DNA of 64,000 bases from an uncultured Faecalibacterium sp. (GTDB lineage: Bacteria; Bacillota; Clostridia; Oscillospirales; Ruminococcaceae), in assembly GCA_934513205.1 (NCBI GenBank), contig CAKSWU010000010.1, positions 884 to 64,883 of the forward strand. The letters are read 5' to 3'. Below the pieces are notes generated by a model, which was not told where the DNA came from, did no database searches, and saw only the letters and a list, made by a program, of their open reading frames with translations. Shown here in pieces: positions 20,656 to 27,865 of the stretch. A program made the position numbers and the translations under genes. Positions within the stretch are counted from its first letter, which is position 1. Each line of letters opens with the position of its first letter.

Positions 20656-22551
20656 TTATTCTTCGGGCTGCTGGGTCTGCTCGTAGGCTTCCTGCTCTTC
20701 CATGGCGGCTTCCCATGCGGCAAAAAGCTCTTCCTGATGGAAGCGCAGGTCGCTGAGCTCATCGCTCTTCTGGCGCAGCAGGTCGGGGTCATTGTAAACC
20801 TCCGGAGAGTTGATCTCGTTGTCCAGCTCCACTTCCCGCGCGCCGCAGGCTTCCATCTCGTCCTCGCAGGCCTTGATCTTGGCGCGCAGCTCGGCGCGTC
20901 GGCGGCGCTGCTCTTTGCCGTAGCCGGTCTTGGCGGGCTCGGCAGCCTTCTGCGCGGCCTGCACCGGAGTGCTGCGGCCCATCAGCGCGTCATAGCTTGG
21001 GTAGAGAGTGGCTCTGCCGTCCTCAAGATAGAGGATGGGACAAGCCAGACTGTTCATCAGGTGACGGTCATGGGTGACCAGAAGCAGGGTGCCGGTGTAT
21101 GCCATCAGTGCCTCGGTCAGGTTCTCGCGGGTATAGATGTCCAAATGGTTCGTAGGCTCGTCCAGAAACAGCAGGTTGGGCCGTTCCAGCACGATCTCTG
21201 CAAAGCGCAGGCGTGCCAGCTCGCCGCCGGAAAGTGCCTCGCAGGGCTTGAACACCGTCTCGCCGCGGAAGCCCAGCTTTGCAAGGTGGCTGCGCACCTC
21301 CAGCTCGGTCATACGGGGGTATTTGTTCCAGATGACGTCAATGACCCGACCCTGTCCCAGACGATTCTGCTGCTGGGCAAAAATGCTGGGACGCGCCCCG
21401 GTGCCCAGCCGCACCATGCCGCCGGAGAGGCGGCGCTTGCCGTCCAGCACCTGCATCAGGGTGGACTTGCCTGCGCCATTGGGGCCTGCAATGACAAGCC
21501 GCTGCCCGCGGCAGACCGTGTAGGTAAAAGGTTCCAGCAGGGTGCGTTCCCCGATCTTGATGCTGAGATTTTTCAGCAGCACCAGCTCATTCCACGGCTC
21601 TACGTCATATTCAAAACGAAACTTCAGTTGATTGGTCTCATCCTTGGGGGCTTCGGTGATCTCCAGCTTTTCCAGCTGTTTGCGGCGGCTCTGCGCCATT
21701 TTTGTGGTAGAAGCGCGCACGAGGTTGCGGTCCACATAGTCCTGCAGCTTTTCTGCCAGTGCCACATCGGCGTCGTGCTGCTTCTGGCGCAAGGCATCGG
21801 CAGCCTCCTTCTGGGGCAGATAGGCCGAGAAGTTGCCCTTGTAGGTGGTCATGGTCTGGAAGGAGACCTCCCAGATCTTTGTACAGACATTATCAAGGAA
21901 GTAGCGGTCATGGCTGACCACCAGCACCGCGCCGGAATAGCTCTTGAGGTAATTTTCCAGCCATTCCATGGTGGCAAAGTCCAAGTGGTTGGTAGGCTCG
22001 TCCAGAATGAGGACATCCGGTTTTTCCAGCAGCAGCTTTGCCAGACGAAGCCGTGTCAGCTCGCCGCCGGAAAGCACTGCGATGTTCTTCTGCCAGGTAT
22101 CCTGTGCAAAGCCCATGCCGGACAGCACCTTTTTGATGTTCACATCCATGTTGTAGCCGTCGGCAGCATCCACGATGTTCTGCAGCGCATCGTGCTGCGC
22201 CAGCAGGTCAGCATTGTCGGGCTGGGCAGCCATGCGGCGCTCCAGCACCTGCATCTGTGCCATGGCATCCAGCACCGGCGCAAAGGTAGAGCGCATCTCG
22301 CCGTAGATATCCAGCGTGGCATCCAGCTTTGCGTTCTGTTCCAGATAGCCCAGCATGACCCCGTGGGTGACACTGAACTCTCCTTCATAGTCCTGATATT
22401 CGCCGGTCAGGATCTTGAGCAGGGTGGTCTTGCCTGCGCCGTTCTGCCCCACGATGCCGATGCGGTCCTCCCGCTCGACACTGGCGGTCACGTCGTGCAG
22501 CACCACCTTTTCGCCAAAGGTCTTGCCCAGTTTTTCCAAATGTATCAGCAT
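20656..22551 (-). CDS. ABC-F family ATPase (Uup/YdiF-like; two ABC domains plus a C-terminal coiled coil)
   Basis: ORF 20656..22620. Two Walker A motifs (GQNGAGKTT and GPNGAGKST), two LSGGE signatures, and no TM domain. ATG 22551 (MLIHLEKLGKTF) is the conventional ABC N-terminus. Confidence 0.9.
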   Translation of the reverse strand: MLIHLEKLGKTFGEKVVLHDVTASVEREDRIGIVGQNGAGKTTLLKILTGEYQDYEGEFSVTHGVMLGYLEQNAKLDATLDIYGEMRSTFAPVLDAMAQMQVLERRMAAQPDNADLLAQHDALQNIVDAADGYNMDVNIKKVLSGMGFAQDTWQKNIAVLSGGELTRLRLAKLLLEKPDVLILDEPTNHLDFATMEWLENYLKSYSGAVLVVSHDRYFLDNVCTKIWEVSFQTMTTYKGNFSAYLPQKEAADALRQKQHDADVALAEKLQDYVDRNLVRASTTKMAQSRRKQLEKLEITEAPKDETNQLKFRFEYDVEPWNELVLLKNLSIKIGERTLLEPFTYTVCRGQRLVIAGPNGAGKSTLMQVLDGKRRLSGGMVRLGTGARPSIFAQQQNRLGQGRVIDVIWNKYPRMTELEVRSHLAKLGFRGETVFKPCEALSGGELARLRFAEIVLERPNLLFLDEPTNHLDIYTRENLTEALMAYTGTLLLVTHDRHLMNSLACPILYLEDGRATLYPSYDALMGRSTPVQAAQKAAEPAKTGYGKEQRRRRAELRAKIKACEDEMEACGAREVELDNEINSPEVYNDPDLLRQKSDELSDLRFHQEELFAAWEAAMEEQEAYEQTQQPEE

Positions 22552-22579
22552 AGCATCCGTTATCCGTTCCTTTTGTTGT

Positions 22580-23320
22580 TCAGCACTGGTGGCGGCGGTT
22601 CTTCTGCCCCACGTTGGCAAGCTCTTCCGGTTCCATCACCAGCGGATACAGCTCCTTCAGGTCGCCGATCTCATAGGTAGGCACCACTTTGCCGGGATTC
22701 TCGGCGTGGTTCGGGTTGAACCAGCAGGTATCCAGCCCGGCATTGATACCGCCCTGAATGTCGCCGGTCAGGCTGTCGCCTACCATCAGCACATGCTCGC
22801 GGTTCTCCACACCCAAAGCCCGCAGTGCAAGGTCAAAGATGCGGGCACTGGGTTTTTCGCAGCCCATCTTCTCGGAGATGAACACATCCTCCACAAAGTC
22901 CAGCACACCACTTTCGGTCAGGCGGCGGCTCTGCACCTTCTGCGCACCGTTGCTGACCACCGCCAGCGTTGCCACCTCGGAAAGCTCCCGCAGCACATCC
23001 AGTACATCGGCGCTCATCAGATCCGGATGGGTGGAGAGCTGTTCCAGATAATAGCGATTCATCTCGGCGCCATCCCCGGCGGCGTCAATGGCCTTGAGGA
23101 AGCGGTTGAACCGCTCTGCAAACAGTTTTTCGCGGCGGATCTGGCCTTTTTCCAGCTGCCGCCACAGCTCTTCGTTGATGGTACGGTAGGTGTTCACCGT
23201 CTCGGCGTCCGGCTCGATGCCGTAATTCACCAGTGTTTCTGCCAGTGCCTTGTTTTCCGCTGCATCAAAATTCAGCAGGGTATTGTCCGCATCCAGCAGC
23301 ACACAATAGTATTTTGCCAT
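22580..23320 (-). CDS. HAD-IA hydrolase, YjjG-like noncanonical pyrimidine nucleotidase family
   Basis: 246 aa. Motif I LLDADNTL, motif II VVSNG, motif III/IV EKP...MVGDSLTGDIQGG. Confidence 0.85.
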   Translation of the reverse strand: MAKYYCVLLDADNTLLNFDAAENKALAETLVNYGIEPDAETVNTYRTINEELWRQLEKGQIRREKLFAERFNRFLKAIDAAGDGAEMNRYYLEQLSTHPDLMSADVLDVLRELSEVATLAVVSNGAQKVQSRRLTESGVLDFVEDVFISEKMGCEKPSARIFDLALRALGVENREHVLMVGDSLTGDIQGGINAGLDTCWFNPNHAENPGKVVPTYEIGDLKELYPLVMEPEELANVGQKNRRHQC

Positions 23321-23416
23321 AAGATCTTCCCTCTTTTCCTTCTGCCATGGCCTTGTTTGCCATGCGCTTTACAACAGGGAGAAGCCAGCTCTGCCAAAAG
23401 CAGTGCTGGCTCCCGG

Positions 23417-23638
23417 TTATTCTGAAAGAATTTGATACGTCTGTACGTCAGTTTGTTCCGGTTGGTTTGGCAGGCACGCGGTCTTTGCCCCGCAGGGTGC
23501 GGGGACGCATTTGTACATTTCCTCTTCCCGCGCTCCATTTTCCACGTTTTGCCAGTCGGTGTCGTAGTAGTCTACGCTGCCGTCCGTCACATCCTCTGCA
23601 CCCGAAACCGATAGGCCATAGGACAGCTCTGAGTTCAT
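23417..23638 (-). CDS. Small acidic hypothetical protein (73 aa)
   Basis: The ATG is preceded by AAAGGAGG at 7 nt spacing, 58 nt downstream of the SGNH-hydrolase stop on the same strand. I recognise no family, so this is a weak call. Confidence 0.4.
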   Translation of the reverse strand: MNSELSYGLSVSGAEDVTDGSVDYYDTDWQNVENGAREEEMYKCVPAPCGAKTACLPNQPEQTDVQTYQILSE

Positions 23639-23696
23639 CAGACCGCCTCCTTTCCCGTCAGCCTATGCGGCTGCGCCGAAAGGTGTTCCCGATCGG

Positions 23697-25520
23697 TCAG
23701 GCGGCAGACGCTTCCGTCTTTTCGTTGGTGGCTTCGCGGCTGGCAGAGGCTTCCGAGGAAGCCGCATTGGACGAGCCGGCGCTGCCGGAAGCACCCTCCG
23801 GCTTGCTGCTGTGGGACGGCGAAGCTGCTTCGCCGGAGCTTTCGGAGCTGTGAGAGGAAGAGCTGCCGGTGCTGTGAGAAGAAGAGCTGCCGGCAGGTGC
23901 TTTGCTTTCGCTGTCGGCGGTGCCATTGGACGCCGAGGAGCTGGTGGAGGAAGAGCTGCTTTCCGTACCGGAGGAAGATGTAGCTCCGGAGCTTTCTCCG
24001 GAGGAGCCCGATGCAGTGCCGCCGGACGTGCTGCCCGAGCCGGAAGAAGCGGAAGGCACACCGCTGACTGTCATGCTCAACGTGTTGCTGGAAACGGTGC
24101 AGTCGTTATAGCTTGCCGTGGCGTAGATCCGGAAGGTCTCGTTGACCATGGCAGGGTCGATCTCCACCTTCACGGTGGTCTTGCCTGCAGCAGCGGGCAC
24201 CTCGACCCCGTTGGCATACCAGCGGATGCTGTCCACGGACAGATGCTTTCCGGTCAGCTTTGCCTTGAAGGTGCAGGACTCGCCCAGTTTCACCTTGCCA
24301 TCGCTGCTGATCTGGATGGAGGCCGCGGCAAACACTGCGGTCACATCCAGATTCTGCTTGAAGCCGGTGTCGGTGCGGGTCATTTTGGTGACGCCATCGC
24401 TCCATTTCACGAACACATAGCCGTCCTGCGGTACTGCCGTCACGCTGACGGACTGGTCTGCACTGGTAATATCGCAGCTCAGGCTCGTCTTGCCGCTATT
24501 GCTGCCGCTGGTCAGCGTACCGCCGCCAGCCTTGTCCACCCGATAGCTGGCCTGATACTTCACCGCAGCCTCCGAAGAAGCAGCTTCCGACGAAGCCGCC
24601 TCCGAGGAGGAGCTCACCGCCGAGCTGGGGTCCGGCGTGTACTCGGCACGTTTGGGGATATTGTTGGTATCCGGGCGTCGGTCCTCGCTGTCATACGCAT
24701 GAGTACGCAGATATTTCAGCATCGCCTTCAGGCCAACAGACTTCAGATGGATATCACCGGTCTGGTAATAGTCCTCCCGTCCGTAGCCATTGGCGTCCTT
24801 CAGTGCTTCGGCACTGTTGAGGAACTTCAGCCCCTTTTGTTCGCACATGGTCAGCAGTGCCATGTTGAAGTCGTCGATCTTGGTCTGGTCCATGTGGGGG
24901 TAGTTGGAGTGGTTCGCGGGCACCGGCGGCACCGTGTTGACGATGATGTCGGTGTAGGGGTAGCTTTGCTGGATGGCATCCACCAGCGCCGTGTAGTTGG
25001 CAATATAATCCTCCACGCTCATGCCGGTATCGTTGGTGCCCAGCATGATGACCACCCGGCGGGGCTTCATCTTTGCCACGGCCTGTGCAAAGGTGTAGGC
25101 ATTCTGGTCTTTTTTAAAGGTCACGATAGCATCATGGAGCGCTGCATGGGTGCCGATGCCCTCCTTGGCGCAGAACTGCTGCAGGCTGAGCAGGCCGTTT
25201 GCATACAGGCGCACCGTGTTGGAATCGCCAAGAAACATCGTATCGTTCTGGTAGCTGTCGCCTGCATCTGCTGTCTCCTGCAGCAGAGCATTGGAGGTCT
25301 CGTTGATCTGGTAGTGGTCCGAGATGTTGTCCTCGCCCTCCACCAGTTCCTGATGGCCCGGGTCCTCTACATCCGAAGGCGGGGTTTTGCCGCGCCGCAG
25401 CAGCACCAGCGTGATGCCCACTGTCAGCAGGACCGCCAGTGCGCAGATGGTGCACACCAGCACCGCCTGTTTCTGCATGGGGGTCATGGATCCATTTTCC
25501 GGTTGCGTATTGTGTTTCAT
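23697..25520 (-). CDS. Membrane-anchored SGNH/GDSL hydrolase with a B-repeat-like domain and a long Ser-rich low-complexity tail
   Basis: ORF 23697..25529. N-terminal TM helix (AVLVCTICALAVLLTVGITLVLL), SGNH block I FLGDSNT, a later GTND block and a GDIHL block. A GYVFVKWSDG motif resembles Listeria-Bacteroides repeats. The last ~130 aa are S/G/A/T/E-rich. ATG 25520 follows GAAGGGTGA. Confidence 0.8.
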   Translation of the reverse strand: MKHNTQPENGSMTPMQKQAVLVCTICALAVLLTVGITLVLLRRGKTPPSDVEDPGHQELVEGEDNISDHYQINETSNALLQETADAGDSYQNDTMFLGDSNTVRLYANGLLSLQQFCAKEGIGTHAALHDAIVTFKKDQNAYTFAQAVAKMKPRRVVIMLGTNDTGMSVEDYIANYTALVDAIQQSYPYTDIIVNTVPPVPANHSNYPHMDQTKIDDFNMALLTMCEQKGLKFLNSAEALKDANGYGREDYYQTGDIHLKSVGLKAMLKYLRTHAYDSEDRRPDTNNIPKRAEYTPDPSSAVSSSSEAASSEAASSEAAVKYQASYRVDKAGGGTLTSGSNSGKTSLSCDITSADQSVSVTAVPQDGYVFVKWSDGVTKMTRTDTGFKQNLDVTAVFAAASIQISSDGKVKLGESCTFKAKLTGKHLSVDSIRWYANGVEVPAAAGKTTVKVEIDPAMVNETFRIYATASYNDCTVSSNTLSMTVSGVPSASSGSGSTSGGTASGSSGESSGATSSSGTESSSSSTSSSASNGTADSESKAPAGSSSSHSTGSSSSHSSESSGEAASPSHSSKPEGASGSAGSSNAASSEASASREATNEKTEASAA

Positions 25521-25525
25521 AGTTA

Positions 25526-26215
25526 TCACCCTTCACTTTTCCGATCCGGTGTTTTCTCTGTTTCCTCCCGTCCGTTCAGGATCTGACGGGCGAGGTCCGC
25601 GCAGCTTTCCGCCAGCAGCACCGGATGAAAGGGTTCCAGCTCTTCCCTGCTGCCGTAGCCGTACAGCGCACCGGCAGCGTCCAGACCGCAGTCCGCCGCG
25701 CCGCGCATATCATCGCTGCGGTCGCCCACCATCAGGACCCGTCTGCCCTGCATCACGGGACGGCTCAGCACATAGCGTACCACCTCGGTCTTGGTATCCC
25801 GGCTCTCGTCCATGGACGCACCGCCGATGAAATCAAAATAGCCTGCCAGTCCCTTTTCCTGCAGGATCGGCGTCACCACCTCGGTGGGTTTGGAGGTCGC
25901 CGTGCAAAGAACAAGTCCCGCATCCTTCAGGCAGCGCAGCATCTCTGCCGCACCGGGGTAGGCGGCGCACTCGTGACTGCCTTTGACCGCATAGCTTTTG
26001 CGGTAACGGTCGGTGGCTTCCTCGATCTTTGCCGGGTCGGTGAAATGTTCCCCAAAGCTTTTTCGCAGCGGCGGGCCAAGATAGCGGCGCAGATTCACGC
26101 CGGTCACATCCACATCCATGGCAGCAAAAACTTCTTTTAATGTATTTATGATACCAGGGGCGGAATCGATCAGAGTTCCGTCCACATCAAACAGGATCGC
26201 ATCGTACTTCAGCAC
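25526..26215 (-). CDS. HAD-IA phosphatase (phosphoglycolate phosphatase-like)
   Basis: ORF 25526..26263. (V)LKYDAILFDVDGTLIDS, ..TSKP.., ..MVGDRSDDMRGA... GTG 26215 was chosen for two reasons. A TGn-TATACT -10 element occupies 26250-26262, which puts the longer ORF start inside the promoter. GAGGAAA precedes the GTG. Confidence 0.8.
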   Translation of the reverse strand: MLKYDAILFDVDGTLIDSAPGIINTLKEVFAAMDVDVTGVNLRRYLGPPLRKSFGEHFTDPAKIEEATDRYRKSYAVKGSHECAAYPGAAEMLRCLKDAGLVLCTATSKPTEVVTPILQEKGLAGYFDFIGGASMDESRDTKTEVVRYVLSRPVMQGRRVLMVGDRSDDMRGAADCGLDAAGALYGYGSREELEPFHPVLLAESCADLARQILNGREETEKTPDRKSEG

Positions 26216-26380
26216 GTTACAGGTTTCCTCGCTTTCATGGTGATACATCGTATAGTATAACACAGAATTGGCATATCAGCAATTCCAACAAATCGTTTTT
26301 ACAAAAATTATGCATTCGGTCCCGCGTCCAAACGGTGCTGCTGCGCATCTTTTGGCACGCCGCCTGCTTTTTTATGCCAT

Positions 26381-26422
26381 AAAAACGCGATTCCGGGCAG
26401 ACCGCAGTCTGCCCGGAATCGC
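26381..26422 (-). terminator. Rho-independent terminator of the yerC / Cys-rich-protein operon
   Basis: Minus strand reads GCGATTCCGGGCAGAC-tgcg-GTCTGCCCGGAATCGC (16 bp stem) followed by GTTTTTAT. Confidence 0.75.
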
Positions 26423-26487
26423 TCCGGTCAAAATAATGGCAGAAGACCGCCGTTCCATGCTCGATGCAGCTTCCCCAGAGATCTGAC

Positions 26488-26811
26488 TCAACGGGCAGAT
26501 GCGTCTGCCGGCGGATAATACAGGTTGTTGGAAACGAACTCCAGCTTATCCTTGAGCACCAGTTCCAGATTGGCAACCGCATGCACCATGTTGGTCGCCG
26601 AGTCGTTCACCTCCAGCAGCTTGCACAGGTCCAGCCCATCCAGCTCCATGGCGGCTTTCATCTTCTGGCTTTCGGCGCAAAGGATGTGACTCAGGGCATT
26701 CTCCTGCAGGGCGATGCTCTCCACAAGGTCGATGACTGCCTGATCCAGCGAAACCTTCGGCAGGCAGGGACAGGGACACTGGATGTGGGGGCAGTTGGTC
26801 ATTTCAGACAT
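26488..26811 (-). CDS. Small Cys-rich hypothetical protein (107 aa)
   Basis: ORF 26488..26853. ATG 26811 follows AAAGGAAGGA. MSEMTNCPHIQCPCPCLPKV.. is followed by a predicted helical segment, VIDLVESIALQENALSHILCAESQKMKAA. It lies 66 nt downstream of yerC on the same strand. Confidence 0.6.
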   Translation of the reverse strand: MSEMTNCPHIQCPCPCLPKVSLDQAVIDLVESIALQENALSHILCAESQKMKAAMELDGLDLCKLLEVNDSATNMVHAVANLELVLKDKLEFVSNNLYYPPADASAR

Positions 26812-26877
26812 AGAGATCCTTCCTTTCGGTCCAGAGGGGTTCGTACGCCCCATTCTATGTCTGCTGCACGGCAGGCG

Positions 26878-27177
26878 TCACTGCTGCCCGCGCACCTTCT
26901 CGATGGTCTCGCGGTAGCCGCCGGAGCCGTACTGGATGCAGCGGTTGATCCGGCTGATGGTCGCTGTGCTGATCTCCACTGCCTTGACGATCTGGTCATA
27001 GGTCCTGCCGTCCAGCAGCATCTTGGCAGCCTCCAGCCGCTGCGCCATATCCGAGATCTCCTTCACCGTGCACAGATCCTCGAAGAATGCATAGCATTCC
27101 TCCCGCGTCTCCAGACTGAGGATGGCATCAAACAGCGCATCTGTCGTTGGGTTTTTTCTGGAATTTTTCTCCGTCAT
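26878..27177 (-). CDS. yerC: YerC/YecD-family TrpR-like DNA-binding protein
   Basis: 99 aa. ..EECYAFFEDLCTVKEISDMAQRLEAAKML..G.TYDQI...EISTATISRINRCIQYG is characteristic of the YerC/YecD family. GAGGAG RBS. Confidence 0.85.
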   Translation of the reverse strand: MTEKNSRKNPTTDALFDAILSLETREECYAFFEDLCTVKEISDMAQRLEAAKMLLDGRTYDQIVKAVEISTATISRINRCIQYGSGGYRETIEKVRGQQ

Positions 27178-27245
27178 AGCGGTCTCCTCATACGGTTTTG
27201 GGGCACTGCTCTTTTTCGTCAGGGAGTCGGCCCCGTTGCATTATC

Positions 27246-27274
27246 ACTTTAGCACATCAAAGTGTGAAAGTCAA
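27246..27274 (-). promoter_or_regulatory. Sigma-A type promoter for yerC
   Basis: Minus strand reads TTGACT, 17 nt spacer, (TGc)TAAAGT. Confidence 0.5.
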
Positions 27275-27408
27275 GGCTTTTGTGTGAACTCTTTTCACGC
27301 AAGTTTGTTTTAAGTTTTATTCGTTTCATACATGAATAAAAATCACCTAAATTTTATTCCAAGAACTTTCATTGAATTGTTGCATCCCACGAAGTTGTTT
27401 TCATAACC

Positions 27409-27437
27409 TTGACAGGCTGTGGATTTTGCACTAAAAT
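27409..27437 (+). promoter_or_regulatory. Sigma-A type promoter for the cstA leader
   Basis: TTGACA (27409-27414), 17 nt spacer, TAAAAT (27432-27437). The predicted TSS is about 14 nt upstream of T-box Stem I. Confidence 0.65.
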
Positions 27438-27457
27438 ACGGACAATCATTCGGCAAA

Positions 27458-27790
27458 TGCGATGAACAGGACACGATCCTTTGCAGCACCCGCTCTCAGA
27501 GAGCCGCCCATTTTGATGAAAAGGCGGCAGTCAGGAGCAAAGCATCATCCCCTGTGAGCAGCCTGTGTGAACGGATGCGGAACGTGTCCCAGTAGCGCAT
27601 GGCCGTTCTGCCCGCGTTACAGGGCTGCGTATCCGTGCTTTGCACCGGTACGTTGGGAGCGGCTGCATCTGCAGCAAACGAAGTGGTACCGCGGAGTATT
27701 CTCATGCACGATGTGCTGTGCATGTACAAGCCTTCGTCTTCGATGGTCCGTCCGGAGTTCCGGACAGACTTTGGAGGACGGAGGCTTTTT
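27458..27790 (+). promoter_or_regulatory. T-box riboswitch leader (tRNA-sensing transcription attenuator) upstream of cstA
   Basis: Stem I base and K-turn: TGCGATGA-ACAGG (27458-) closes with CCTGT-GA-GCA (27551-27560). AG bulge AGAGAG at 27498-27503. Stem II GAACGG...CCGTTC (27569-27608) contains AGTA (27591-27594). F-box-like GCGTTA at 27614-27619. Stem III GCTGCAtcTGCAGC at 27662-27675. T-box core GTGGTACCGCGG at 27683-27694. Antiterminator pairing is ACGAAG (27678-83) with CTTCGT (27732-37). It competes with the terminator GCCTTCGTCTTC (27730-41) / GGAGGACGGAGGC (27773-85) + TTTTT. Confidence 0.75.
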
Positions 27791-27865
27791 ACACCCTGTC
27801 TGCTGCCGGAACGCCCCTGCTGCTGACCATCTGTCGGATGTCAAAAGGAAAGAGGGAAAGAAACA

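Noticed and set aside
20068-22680. 870-aa plus-strand ORF. The same applies to the long ORFs at 298..2385 (+), 8621..10540 (+), 17572..20031 (+), 38226..39680 (+), 50861..52243 (+) and 58554..60527 (-)
   Set aside because: Each lies antisense to a gene with unambiguous family motifs (ABC-F, UvrA, CapD, Lon, UraA, PriA, GDPD). Their products are Arg/Gly/Ala/His-rich with no motifs. They are an expected consequence of GC3-rich coding on the other strand.
23697-24620. Repetitive nucleotide tracts considered as a CRISPR array or VNTR
   Set aside because: They are in-frame Ser/Ala/Glu codon repeats inside a coding region. There is no repeat-spacer periodicity.
27290-27410. AT-rich divergent promoter region between yerC and cstA, inspected for cre (CcpA) or CRP-like catabolite sites
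   Set aside because: Only short palindromes are present (for example TTCATacATGAA). Nothing matches TGWAANCGNTNWCA convincingly.
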